Assembly: GCA_951406725.2 (NCBI GenBank)
Contig: OX597818.1
Coordinates: forward strand, 50,344,001 to 50,408,000
Length of the DNA stretch: 64,000 bases
Direction: 5' to 3'
Source: Octopus vulgaris
Taxonomy: Eukaryota
The position numbers and the translations under genes are program-made. Of this stretch, positions 24,676 through 41,600 are shown piece after piece. The notes beneath the pieces were generated by a model. That model was given only the letters and a program-made list of their open reading frames with translations, had not been told where the DNA came from and ran no database searches. Numbering within the stretch: position 1 is the stretch's first letter; every line of letters starts with the position of its first letter.

Positions 24676-26091
24676 TCAGTCATGCGCAAACATGCATTTC
24701 ATACGCAATAACAAAACTGAACGCCATGAATCGCCTTCGACGACCATTACACAATATTCGCAAATGTTACGATAAGAATTTTAAAGCGGCGAGTTGGCGA
24801 AATAGTTAGCACACCGGGCAAAACACTCAGCGGTATTTCGTCTGCCGTTACGTTCTGAGTTCAAATTCCGCCGAGGTCGACTTTGCCTTTCATCCTTTCG
24901 GGGTCGATTAAATAAGTACCAGTTACGCACTGGGGTCAATATAATCGACTTAATCCGTTTGTCTGTCCTTGTTTGTCCTCTCTGTGTTTAGCCCCTTGTG
25001 GGTAGTAAAGAAATAGGTATTTCGTCTGCCTTAATGATATGAGTTCAAATTCTGCCCATGTCGACTTTACGACCAAGCAAGTACCAGCTGAATACTACGG
25101 TCCAATGCGATCGACTTAGACCCCACAAACTGCTGGTCTTGTGCTAAAATTTGAAGGAGGCAGCGAGCTAGTAGAATCGTTACTGCACCGAACAAATTAC
25201 TACCGGCATTTTGTCCATCTTTACGTTCTGGGTTCTAATTCCACCGAGGTCGGCTAAGCCTTTGATCCTTTTGGTGTCGATAAAATAGGTACCAGTTAAA
25301 TACTGAGGTTGATGTAATCGAATTAAGTTCCTGCTCCACCCGTTCGAAATTAATGGCCTCGTCCCAAAATTTGAAAACAATATTAGGATAAGAATTGATA
25401 ACCTGTCATTCTTTAAACAAAGCGTTGATAAGGTGGACTATTACAGCAACGAAGCCTTAGCTGACTGCAGCTTCGCGGAGAATAAATTCTTACGCACCCA
25501 ACTTAAATCAACTACCGCCCAGGAAGGGACTCACAAAAATGTTCTGCTTCGCATCCGCTTTTTTCCCTAAGCGAGAATTCCCGAAGGATGCAACCGACTG
25601 GAAAACTCTACACACACTAGTCTGACATGTGTCGAGTCTCCAGCTGAATTTTGAACCGTAACTTTTTTGATTATTCCGGCTCAGGACCACGATCTGCCAT
25701 ACCGCCATAAAAAGCAATGTGTCGCTGTGAACCAATGCAAATATAACTCAACCGATCATAATTCATTGACATATAATGGACGATGCGAGGAACTTCATTG
25801 GAAGTGTGCTAGTTTTTTCCGCTAAGTAGATTGTGCGAAGCTTATAAAAAGTTGGCGAATTCAACCTCAGACTAAAGAGCCACTGAGCAGTACACACAGA
25901 ACGATGTCGCTCTGCTCAGTAAATTAGTTTCTCACCTTCTTTTCTTTTACTTAACATGTTTATGTTGAGTCGACATTGAGTTGTAACGTCCAGTCACACA
26001 GACATTAAGAATCTTCTAGAAAATATTATTATGTAGTCCGGAAAGTTCTGAACGTTATTGCATGGGTTTTCTAAATCCTTCTTTCTCTCAC

Positions 26092-26144
<53 letters not shown>

Positions 26145-27442
26145 CATGCACACGTGTGTGCACATACACACACACAAAATTGGCATTACAGCTGTTTCTC
26201 AGCTTGATTACAAATGATATTACCTTGTTGTTCGCTAAGGGGGGACCAGCAGGTAGCAGAGACCAACACCTAAAATATCAGTTGTTGTTTATTCCTGGGT
26301 GAGAAGTGACAAAGCAGACTCATATCCAAAGCAATCCAGTCAGGCCCATCCTGTCTGTATATCTAGAATTGTTCTATTCAGTGTGGTGTACTTACCTGAA
26401 GTCATTAAGTTGTGATTTGAAGGAATTTAGCTGCTATTTCTAGCAGATGGAGCAACTGTATAGAGGCTCTCTCATTGATCTGTGTACCTAGAATAGTTAA
26501 AGGTCATACGGGTACACTGGAATATGCAGTGAGTGGCTTGTTGTTTAGGAAGCAGTGACATAACACTTGTTTATCTGTATGTGCTACTATCTATAACTAC
26601 ACACACACACACACACACACACACTGCAAAACACACACACTCACATAACATGTTCATATATACACAACACAATTTATATTTATATTAAAATGCACGCATG
26701 CATTACACAATATATATCTATACAGTTCTATATATATACACACAAACACTTTCGCAGACAAACAGTGACACACCAAAACACACATCCATGCAGTTACACA
26801 CGTACACACATTGATACACCACACACCTATGCATATAATAAATATCAGCTCACACACACACTAACACACCATAAACTCACCCACATTGTACAACACACAC
26901 ACACACACACACACACACAACACCCATACAGACATGCATTTGAAGCCGAAGGGTGCTTCTATGTTGCTGCTCTCCCTCAGATTAGCTTACCCAACTGTCT
27001 TTAGAAGAGATATATTGGACAATGAGGTTCTGGATTCCCTGCACATAAATAAAAGACAGGAGGGTCAAAGCTGGAATGTCTTTGACCATAGGTCTTTACA
27101 AAATCAACAATAACACATACACATAAAATTCACTCATTCACCCTGTACAAACACCAACGTTTACTCAAACACATACATAGAACCACATCTGCACTCATAC
27201 ACATCTTTAAAGCATGCAACAAACACTCATGCACACAGATATTACCACAGCGACCCAATATTATCTAACGAGTTGCTAGAATGATGAAGTCAAATTGCCA
27301 CTAAATTACATTCTACCTCTCTCCTCTTAAAACATGACATATTTAATAGTTTTGGATACAGGATTAGCAACAGAAAGTTTGGAAGGTCATGTCTGGAATG
27401 CCCCCTGATCAAAAGACTGCCAGATCGGACCAAATTAGGGCA

Positions 27443-27525
<83 letters not shown>

Positions 27526-28918
27526 CCACACAAATACAGAAAGATTGTTTTTTCCTGCTAAGTAGATTTATATGTTTAATATATCATGCTAGTGTGCATG
27601 TGCGTGTGTGTAGTGGCAACAAGCAGTAACTGGTTCGCCTTGAGAGTTTGGTTGCTGTTGTTGTTCTTCTTCTTCTTCTTTAGCCTCCAAGCAACCCTGA
27701 TGGAGCAGGCTTAATTTACTTTTCATACTTAAGATCAAGCATATTTATGATTATTCTTAAGATGCTATTTATGATTCCATTTGTGACTTAATTCCCCTGC
27801 AGGTGACATATTTAAGACTACAATATTATTAATGTGTCATTTTCAAAAACAATAAATTGTGAGTATAGGTAGATTTGGTTGCTATTTCTGGAAGTTCAAC
27901 TGACTGCATACCAGACCGTGAGGCTTGGAGCAGTTCTTCTATCTAGACAGCCTCTGTCAAAACCAGTCCAACCCATGCCAACATGGAAAACAGACTTTAA
28001 ATGATGATGATGATGATGATTATGATGAAGATGATAAAGTAAAGAGAAAGAGATGCAAAACAAAAAACTGTTAAGGGTAGAGTTGTGAGAAGGAACTAAA
28101 ATCCATGGTTGACTTATAGTGACGGACAACCAACATCAGTGTCAGGAGTTCAAATGCTACTACGGTAGCATTTGTATTTCATTTCACAGCATGGCATGAC
28201 CACTTCTACTCCTACTCTGAGTATAACTAACTTGATACACTCTCTCTCTCTCTCTCCATAGTAACCCCCTCCCCTCTCCCCCGTAACACCCTTTCATTCA
28301 CCCCCAACCCATCCGTCTCTCTCATTTGTTGAATGCCATCAAACACTATCGACAGATCTACCCCACCCACAAAGGTCTATGTGACCCAAGGCTGCAATAT
28401 AATTTCCACATTTCGTAAAGATCACAGTACAATAAATTATGGGATCTTAAAAGAAATTATCTTTGGGAGGTACCCCCGTTGTTTTAGTTATTGGGCTGTG
28501 GCCATGCTGGTGCACCACCTGGAAAAGTTTGATCAAACAAATCAACAATTTATTCTTGTTTGTTTTTTTTTCATGGTTTTTTTACCTTAGCACATGGCCA
28601 CACCTGCACTTATCACAGATTAAGGTGCAGTAAATGAATGATAAGAAGGAGCAGCAGCAGCAGCAGCAGCATGCACTGATGTAGGCAAGAGTGAATGTTC
28701 AGAAGTAGGTCGTGGGTTGATGTGCTATGGCAGCAATTGAATACTGAGAAATGGTTTGTATGAACAGCATTCACACACCCACACACATATGGAACACACC
28801 CATCTTTACGCATTTCAGCTTATTTATGGACCACAGGAAGTGCCTTTGTTGTAATATCTATACACACCATCACACACACACACACAGTTATGTATGCATA
28901 TTCAGAACACTTAAATAT

Positions 28919-31636
<2,718 letters not shown>

Positions 31637-31842
31637 GTATGTATATATTTAAGTGTATATGTGTGACTTTGTTTCTGTGTTTCACCCTCATCACTGCTTC
31701 ATAACTATTGTTCGTTTTTTCACTTTTTACTATTTTCTATATATTCAACCACGTTCTTTCACAAACCAACTTTCTTATCTATCTCTCTATATATATATAT
31801 ACATATATACGATTGATTTCTTTAAGTTTCTGTCTACGAAAT

Positions 31843-31949
<107 letters not shown>

Positions 31950-33027
31950 TGTGTGTATGTATACACACACACAAAGATAAATTGTGTGGGCAAACAAAAT
32001 ATGAGATACTGCCTAGTGTTTTTTTATTTTGATAAGTCTGGTACTTATTCTATCAGTTTCTTCTCGTGACACCAGTAAGTTATGGGGATGTAAGTAAACG
32101 TACACCTGTTGTGAGGCAGTGATGAGGGACAAACACAAAGACACACACACAGACTTATATATATACATACATATATATACGATTGATTTCTTTCAGTTTC
32201 TGTCTACAAAATCCACTGACAAACATTTGGTTGGTCTGAGGCTATAGCAGAAGACACATGCCAAGTCACCACACAGTGGGACTGAACCCAGGACCATGTG
32301 TTATGGAACGAAGTTTGTTGCCACACAGCCACACCTGCACCTATGTATGTGTGTGTGTGTGTGTATGGGTGTATATATGTATGCATGTATATATGTGAAT
32401 ATATATGTGTACATATTACATGTACATCTCTCTCTCTCTATGTGTATATACATATATATACATGTATACATATACATGTATACATATACATCTATATATA
32501 TAGAAATAAGTGTATACATATACAGCTATACACACATACACACACATACATAGGTGCAGGTGTAGCTGTATGGTAACAAACTTCGTTCCAAAACACATGG
32601 TCCTGGGTTTAAATTTAAATTTAAAATAATAAGGGTGAGAAATTGAATATTAATTTGATTAATATGATTTGAAAACCAGTGGTGTAGCATATAAGACCAT
32701 AGCGGATCTTCTTCTAGCAAAATGGATGTTCACTGTTAATGGTTCATCCCTCTTATATAATAATTTGAATTTAATAGTTTCTTTATTAAAGTGAAAGTAT
32801 CTGACATTACACTAGAGAAATGTTTTTGTTTCACTTTTAACACGTAATACTGAAATAGTGGAGAGGATATGATATTTCTGTGGGCTCGCCCTAGGCAAGA
32901 AGGCATGGACCCTAAGTAAGGCATGTGTAAAATTTGAATGCAATTGGTTGTGTAGTTCTCAAATTTTAGGGATTCATACAGATAGACAGACAGACACACA
33001 TTCTCAGTTTTATATATATAGATATAT

Positions 33028-33156
<129 letters not shown>

Positions 33157-33646
33157 GGATAAAATTTATCGAAAAATTTTTTATCAATGACCAGCATATT
33201 AACAAATACCTTTAAAAGTTAAATTTATAAATAAGGGCAAAATAAAAAAAAAACTTCTAACGCCAAATATGCCGAAAATAGACATATTGTCAATAACTAT
33301 ATAATTTAATACTATAAACACGCATCTCGAAGTAAGCCGACAGAGATTTTCTATTTTGGATATATTTGGGGTACTTAGGTCTGCTCATGACTTAGCGCTT
33401 GCTTCTTCCATGGGTATGAGTAAGTATTTCATTTATGTCTTACGTATTTATCGCTGACAAGGAGAAAATTCTTATGAATTAACTCTGAAATTGGGACCGA
33501 TACGATAATAACGGAATTTTTTAGAAATTTCTGTCGGCTTACTTCGAGATGCGTGTTTATAGTGTTAAATTATATGGTTATTTACAATTTGTCTATTTTC
33601 GGCATATTTGGCATTAGAACTTTTTTCTTTTGCCCTTGTTTATAAG

Positions 33647-33696
<50 letters not shown>

Positions 33697-33774
33697 AATA
33701 TTAGGGAATAAATCCAAATTTACAGGGAAAAATCAGATTTAGGATTGAATCCAATTTTATAGTAAAATATTATA

Positions 33775-34115
33775 TAATATTAATTAGAGACAAAACCACT
33801 ATTATGCAAATCAAACAAAGAAAGACTTAATCCAATACATAAAATTTTTTATATAAATTAAATAAAATTAAGTTATCCACTACAATTGTTTCTTGTCACT
33901 TCTAAGGACATTCATCAGGTGGTTTCAAGACCTTCTATTCAATTTCAATTTAAAATTGAATAGAAGGTCTTGAAACCACCTGATGAATGTCCTTAGAAGT
34001 GACAAGAAACAATTGTAGTGGATAACTTAATTTTATTTAATTTATATAAAAAAATTTTATGTATTGGATTAAGTCTTTCTTTGTTTGATTTGCATAATAG
34101 TGGTTTTGTCTCTAA

Positions 34116-34125
<10 letters not shown>
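33775..34125. repeat. Almost perfect fold-back with two hammerhead motifs, copy B only
   Basis: ~170-bp arms centred at ~33950; sits between (TA)n arrays. Confidence 0.85.
33976..34021 (+). ncRNA. Hammerhead ribozyme-like motif (mirror at 33877-33922, -)
   Basis: ccac-CTGATGA-atgtc(cttagaagt)gacaa-GAAA-caattg-TA-gtgg. Confidence 0.8.
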
Positions 34126-34163
<38 letters not shown>

Positions 34164-34289
34164 AAAATAAGCAACAGGATATTCAGAAGTGATGCAGTGC
34201 GACCGTTTGAAGTGATTGTACTGCATCACCCCCGGATGTCCTGTTGCTTATCTTGATTTTATTCAACTTATTTTAAGTTGTACGGCTAA

Positions 34290-34665
34290 GTCAATCCAAA
34301 CATGAACAAGCAAGAAAAAACAACAACGCGAGGACGCGGAATCAGTACAGTGTTATTGGACGCCCAGGAAAGGAAAGAAAAGAAAGTGGATTTCACGTTT
34401 CGAGCGGAGCTCTTCATCAGAATTATATAGAAAAAGTCCAAAGATGGGAAGACAGAAAGAAAATCGCCAACGAAATTTGACCGCGGCGATTTTGTTTCCT
34501 CTGTCTTCCCTTCTCTGGATCTTTCCTTCACCTATGTTTCCGACGAAGAGCTCCGCTCGAAACGTTAAACCCTCCTTCTTTCCTTCTTTTCTGAGCGCCC
34601 AATAATTCTACATTTGTTCCACGTCCTCGCGTTGTTGTGTTTTTTGTGCTTTCTTGTTTGGATTA

Positions 34666-34670
<5 letters not shown>
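34290..34670. mobile_element. Fold-back Penelope-type terminal fragments with compact hammerheads
   Basis: Minus strand 34391-34422 CTGATGA-agagctccgctc-GAAA-cgt; plus strand 34536-34570 CCGACGA variant. Relative at ~58340-58530. Confidence 0.7.
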
Positions 34671-34712
<42 letters not shown>

Positions 34713-34975
34713 TTACTCTCTGTTACTCTTTTACTTGTTTCAGTCATTTGAATGTGGCCATGCTGGAGCATCTCCTTTAGTTGAGCAAATCAATCCCAGG
34801 ACTTATTCTTTGTAAACCTAGTACTTATTCTATCGCTAAGTTACAGGAACGTAAACACACCAGCATCGGTTGTCAAGCGATGTTAGGGGGACACACACAG
34901 ACACACAATCATAGACACACACACATACATACACGCATACATACAAACATACATATATACATACATACATACATG

Positions 34976-35008
<33 letters not shown>

Positions 35009-35647
35009 GCGACGGGCTTCTGTCAGTTTCCGTCTACCAAATCCACTCACAAGGCTTTGGTCGGCCCAAGGCTATAGTAGAAGACACTTACCCAAGGTGC
35101 CAAGCAGTGTGACTGTACCCGGAACCATTTGCTTCGTAAGCAAGCTACTTACCACACAGGCACTACTACGCCTATATATATATATATATATATATATATT
35201 ACGGAGATGTACTCGCATAGCAAGTAATTTGATCTGAGATCGTGTGCTGAAACGAAAACAATTGCAGCGTGGAAGGTGTTTATAAGCCATTTAAGAAACA
35301 CACAAAAGCCGTTCGATTCACTCCAACATTTAAGTTTAATTTGTCAAAATATTTTCGTCGCTAAAATCCGCGACCTGTTCACTGACAAAGTCCGTGCTGC
35401 AATATATATATATTGTATATATATATATTTATATATATACATAGAAGAGCGTAGGCTCAAAACGTAAAAGACTTTTTTTTCAATTCCTGACCGTTATACT
35501 AATACATCTGTTTGTTTTGTACACCACCTGTCTTCGTCTTTTGTTTATTTCGTGAACTCTCCCTATATTGTTCTGGTTTGGTTAAGATTTCTCTTCCTGC
35601 AAGGCAGTCTTCGAAATATGACGATATCGAGTTGTCACACACACACA

Positions 35648-35690
<43 letters not shown>

Positions 35691-35692
35691 AT

Positions 35693-35758
<66 letters not shown>

Positions 35759-36092
35759 TTATATATATGTATATGCATATATGATACTCTTTTAACTCCT
35801 TTACTTGTTTCAGTCATTTGACTGCAGCCATGCTGGAGCACCGCCTTTAATCGAGCAACTCGACCCCGGGACTTATTCTTTGTAAGCCCAGTACTTATTA
35901 TATCGTTCTCTTTTGCCGAACCGCTAAGTGACGGCTAAGTCAATCCAAACATGAACAAGCAAGGAAAAACAACAACGCGAGGACGTGGAATCAGTACAGT
36001 GTTATTGGACGCTCAGGAAAGGAAAGAAAAGAAAGTGGATACATATATATATGTATATATATATGTGCGTTTACATATATGTATATGTATGC

Positions 36093-36156
<64 letters not shown>

Positions 36157-37322
36157 CTGTCTGACAACTCGATATCGTTATATGTAGCACTTATCGTCCA
36201 TTAGATGCTCCAAATCATACGGACCTATTCGAAGACTGTATTGGAAGAATAGAAATCTTAACTAATCTAGAACAACACAACAGTGTACTTCTTATGGGAG
36301 ACTTCAGCCTGTCCAACGTATGATGACCTGAGGAACTTTTCCTCTCAGAAATGACACAATGTACTCAAAATCAGGTGGAAATCCCTGCTCAGCCTCGCCA
36401 ACATAGAGCAAGTAATACTCTAACCAACCAGGCAGATAGTAGACTTGATCTCTGTTTCACAAACAATATGGATTTCGTCCATAACGTGAAAGTTACACCG
36501 ACGCTAGTCCCGGATGAAATGTAATAGTGCTGACCAAGTATAAACCAAAAAAATCCGAAGACGATCGGCTTATGGGGAGTACCTAAAAACTATCCAATTT
36601 CAATCTTTATAAAGCAGACTGGAAATCAATTGAGAAAGAGATAATCAAATAAGATTGGCCTCAATGTCTCGGTACTTCTGACAACATGAAATTCAAAGAA
36701 TTCGTGCTCATAATGCAAGATTGTCCCAGAGACAAAGGCCACTACACATAGGAGCAAGATTCTCAGAGAGGTAACAGTTCTTATGAGATGGCGTACAAAG
36801 AATTCATACTGCCCCATCAAAGAAGAGGGCGTAACACTGTCTATAGATGATGTCAACGTAAACTTAGCTGCTGGTCCAAAATAATTGTAATAGATTTCAT
36901 CGTCGGAATCTATCTTTAATCTCCCTTCTGCCAACATTTCAAATATAAGATTTCTTTCCTGAAGATCGGGGCTCGTCTCATCTGACGTTGGAATCAATTT
37001 CCTCCGTCTTCTGGGAAGAAATCTCACATTTTTAAAATCTAAAAACAAAAAGGAAGTGAGATAACTCCAATAATGGTATCACGTGATATATTATATTGAA
37101 AACCATCAAGACATTGTTATCATCTATCCATAGGTTTTATTTATCGAACAGTAACAGATTGTTACTTGTAACAGATTTTGATTAATTATTAAGTTATAAA
37201 ACGTATCGTTATCACCAGTAAATTTTATTTTTCAACGACGTGATTAAGAGTTATTTCTGTTCTCTGTTCACTTGGTCCAGTTCGTTAAACGCCAGTTTAT
37301 TATATCTTGGAGAAGACTCTTC

Positions 37323-37421
37323 TTATAGGTTTTCATATGTTTTCTCACCGATGTTTCTTGGGTTTGTTGTTGTTGAAGTGTTTTTATTCGCTATACTACT
37401 ATTGCAGAAGGAAGTAGTTGT
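37323..37421 (-). CDS. Receptor gene B, truncated terminal exon ending YENL*
   Basis: Acceptor tttatttcattacag; TTTSFCNSSIANKNTSTTTNPRNIGEKTYENL*, followed past the stop by EESSPRYNKL (relic second ITAM half). Confidence 0.8.
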   Translation of the reverse strand, partial: TTTSFCNSSIANKNTSTTTNPRNIGEKTYENL

Positions 37422-37961
37422 CTGTAATGAAATAAAAATAAAATATATAAACCCGTGTGAATGAGTGGATGGTAGAATCGGTCACCTTATAGTATTTTGT
37501 TATATCTCCTTACGTTTTGAGTTCAAATCCCACCTAGGTCTACATTGTATTTTATTTTTTCGATGTAATAAAACAGGGGCCAATTGTTTAAAGTGAAGTT
37601 CCGTCTGATCATTTTGGTAACTAAACGTTCTTCAAACTACACCCTACCACCTGAAACAGATCATAGAGTCTTACACGCACTATCTTTCAAAAGATATGAT
37701 GTTCTCTACTGAAATGCATTTGTTTATAGATTTTCTCCAGTTGGACAGACCTGGAACAGCAACAACAACAATAAATTCAATACCACCACTGGCAATCTCA
37801 CACAAACCTCACCAAACGAAATATAAAACAGGCCAATTGTTTAAAGTGAAGTTCCGTCTGGTCATTTTGGTAACTAAACGTTCTTCAAACTAACCCCTGC
37901 CACCTGAAACAGATAATAGAGTCTTACACACATTAGAGAGAGGAAGAGAGTAAGTACTAAC

Positions 37962-38055
37962 CGTATTTTCATAGATTTCTTCATTCGGATGATTATTCTC
38001 ATTTACATTTTGAACATTTGAACTGGCGAATTTATCATCTGGAGTTGAGTTTCGT
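37962..38055 (-). CDS. Receptor gene B, cytoplasmic exon 1
   Basis: 94 nt, phase 2-0, RNSTPDDKFASSNVQNVNENNHPNEEIYENT; both A tyrosines lost, new IYEN gained. Confidence 0.8.
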
Positions 38056-38910
38056 CTGGAGGAAATACCAAATGAATATCATTAAGTGGTACGTGAACGG
38101 CAAGATCTGTAAGGCATCGGTTAACATATTTTGAGGGATTTAGGTACGTTCATTTACGTTTAGATTCCAAACACCACCCAGTTCTTCTTTCAGAAAAATA
38201 TTTTAAATATTAAACCAGTGTGAATGAGGATCCCAACGGGATTATTAGGCGAAAGGCTGGCAACACCTATGTTGTTATGTGTGTGGTATTTATAACGAAA
38301 ACACTTACTTCTGGCGGTTACAGTCCACTATAAATAGCTTTCATGGATCTTTTAAAATTGGTTGTTGTAGAGTAGAGGTACTGTAAATTAACGAGTGTTT
38401 TGTTAACTCATAATGCTTGTGTCTCTGGAGTAAACCAACAGCAAACTGCTGGAGTAGACAACTTCAAACAAGAATTACGGATAAGAGATAGATTTTTTGA
38501 CTGAACGAATAAAGCAACACAATTTAGTTACGTTTCTTTACGCTTTGTATTCAAATCTCTCCGAGATATGGTTTGTATTTATTTTGTTCTGGGGACTCTA
38601 AATCTTACTCTACTTAAACAACTGTATCCACTTCTAATCCAGCCCTAAAATTTCTACCCTGTGTCCCTGTTAGAAATTATCTTTATTAATACTGTTATTT
38701 TCTTTTTATTTTGTACTCGCCCTTTTCAAGCCTAGCCAGGCTGATGGGCCCGGTTTCCCGCTTTCTATGGCGTATGTGTGTCCCCCCCCCCCTCGCCCCG
38801 CTGGACGGGACGCCAGTCCATCGCAGCGTTGCTCAAGAAACAGGAAGAAAGACTGAGAGAAAGTTTGGGCGAAAGAGTACAACAGGGGTCGGAACAGAAA
38901 CTTTACTTAC

Positions 38911-39157
38911 TTTCGTCTAAATGATATCCATAAAATTAAGAAGAGAATAAATATGATCGCTAATACCAAAAAAGTGGCCAAAGAAGCAACCAGTGTTAGA
39001 GCAGTGGTTTCTGGTGTTAGAGTAGTGGTTTCTGGTGTTAGAGTAGTGGTTGTTGTTGACTCCTTTTCCGAATGGGTATCTAAAAATGTTTGTATTTTAT
39101 CCCTGTTCCAAGATTTAAAATCTTCGGGCCAGATTTTACGGCATTGAGTGTAATTAA
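38911..39157 (-). CDS. Receptor gene B, stalk + transmembrane exon
   Basis: 247 nt = A exon + in-frame 24 nt (extra TLTPETT-type unit). Splice sites intact; TM sequence matches A. Confidence 0.85.
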
Positions 39158-39390
39158 CTGTGAGAAAAAAAAAAATTAAATAGAGGCTAATTAGTATTCT
39201 TTTATTCGTTATTTGTTCCAGTCATCTGACCGTGGCCATGCAGGAGCACCGCCTTTTGTCGAACAAATCGACCCCAGGACTTATTCTTTGTAAGCCTAAT
39301 ACTTATCCTATCGGTCTCTTTTGCCGAACCTCTAAGTTACGGGCCTGTAAACACACTAACATCGGATGTCAAGTTATGTTGGGGGGACAT

Positions 39391-39443
<53 letters not shown>

Positions 39444-39942
39444 TCAAAATAAGCAACAAAGATATCCAGAGGTAATGCAGTACGATCGTTTCAAGCAACT
39501 CCATTTAATTAAACAATGCAATCATTACATCAATTTAAATGCAGAGCAATCTTCAGCTGCATAAAGACATAGAATTAAATTAAATTAAAACAGATGGACA
39601 CATTGATATAACTTTAACTAAAACCTCTAAGAAGGTATGGAGATAGACAAAGAACATACTGTCTTCACTTCAGCTTCTAAGCTGTTTTAATTTAATTCTA
39701 TGTCTTTGTGCAGCTGAAGATTGCTCAGCATTTAAATTGATGTAATGATTGCATTGTTCAATTAAATAGAGTTGCTTGAAACCATCGTACTGCATTAAAT
39801 CTGGATACCCTTGTTGCTTATTTTGATTTTAATAATCTTATTTTGAAATTGTATGAATAATACCGTACTAAATTCTGGTGCCTCAACTTAAATACCAAAT
39901 TCATCTGAATCTAAATTATATATATATATATATGTACACACA

Positions 39943-39987
<45 letters not shown>

Positions 39988-41264
39988 GACAGGCTTCTTT
40001 CAAGTTCTGTCTACCAAATCCACTCACAAGGCTTTGGTTGGCCCGAGGCTATAGTAGAAGACACTTGCCCAAGGTGCCATACAGTGGGACTGAAACCGGA
40101 ACCATATGGTTAGTAAGCAAGCTACTTACCACACAGCCATGCCGGTATATGGAATATATAGAACAGTGGTTTTCAACCAGGGTTCCGCCGGTACAGTTCA
40201 GGGGATCCGCAAGAAGCTACAAAACTGCTAAAGTCGGCAGTAATTTTTAATTCTCCTGTGCAGATATGTGTTCATAAGACTATTTAAATTATTGCACAGG
40301 GGTTCCTCGAGCCAGTGGAATGTTTCCTTGGGGTTCCGCTCCAGCAAAAAGTTTGAAAAGCACTGATATAGAAGTATGCTTTATTAAAAAAAATATCAGA
40401 ATAATGCACCCTGTCACCAATGTAGATATAGCTGTGGTAATATAATATATAGCAATAGCAACTTGTTAGATAGATACAGGTAGGTGAACACATAGAAAGG
40501 TGTGCTAGGAATCTTAATCCTAATTTCCTAATTTTCCCCCTTTATCAATGTTCACAGAACACCTCAGTACAACAAAAATGAATAAAGAGGCAACTTTCAT
40601 CAACAATGTTTCTTCCACAACTTAATGTGAACACATGACATAATACAGAACACTACTAACCTTTCAATTAATACCACTAACCCCCATACATCCCATACAC
40701 CATTCACATTACAGATCTATATCTACCCTAACTGCACCAAATCCAGAACTTACCTCCCTTACACATAATCGTTTTACTCAGGGACTAGTAGACCAGGCAC
40801 CGTTCATTAATCGGTGTGCACTCAAAGTAATGATTAGTAAATTCACAAAACCGGTATGCTTTTGAATCTCTTTAACAATTCACAATAATGACTTTTATTA
40901 CTTTTATTTCTACCTGTTATAAGACTATAATATTATAGTCTTATCACATTAGTTTTATTCCTTACCTGTGATAAAACTATAATATTATTTCACTTTTATT
41001 CTATCACTTTTAATTCTAATGTGATAACACTAAGACCATCGTATTTTGCACATTCACTGTTCAGTTACGAGTCAATAATTGTCGCAGCAGTTGCAACGTA
41101 TTTACAGTTAAATGTTAACCCTTAAATTAACATTATATATATTAAGCAGCATATTAAATAACATAAGTAATTTATACCGGCAGTAAAAGGGATATTCTTA
41201 TCACTTAGATGGTTATTCCTACCGCTAACTCTACTAACCTTGTATACATACATACATACATACA

Positions 41265-41298
<34 letters not shown>

Positions 41299-41340
41299 CA
41301 TACATACATACATGCATGCATACATACATACATACATACA

Positions 41341-41372
<32 letters not shown>

Positions 41373-41534
41373 CATACATATACATACATACACACACACA
41401 CACATACATACGTACATATATATATATGTGTGTGTGTATATACCTATATATATAATATGAGGGAATATTATTCCAAAGTTACAGGGAAAATTTCAATTTA
41501 GAAATACTAAATCAAATTTCACAAAATATAATAT

Positions 41535-41566
<32 letters not shown>

Positions 41567-41600
41567 GTATATATATTTATATATTCATGTATATATATAA

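Noticed and set aside
35340-35390. Additional hammerhead candidates (also ~1970-1995 and ~60260-60300)
   Set aside because: Core CTGANGA or GAAA too degenerate to call.
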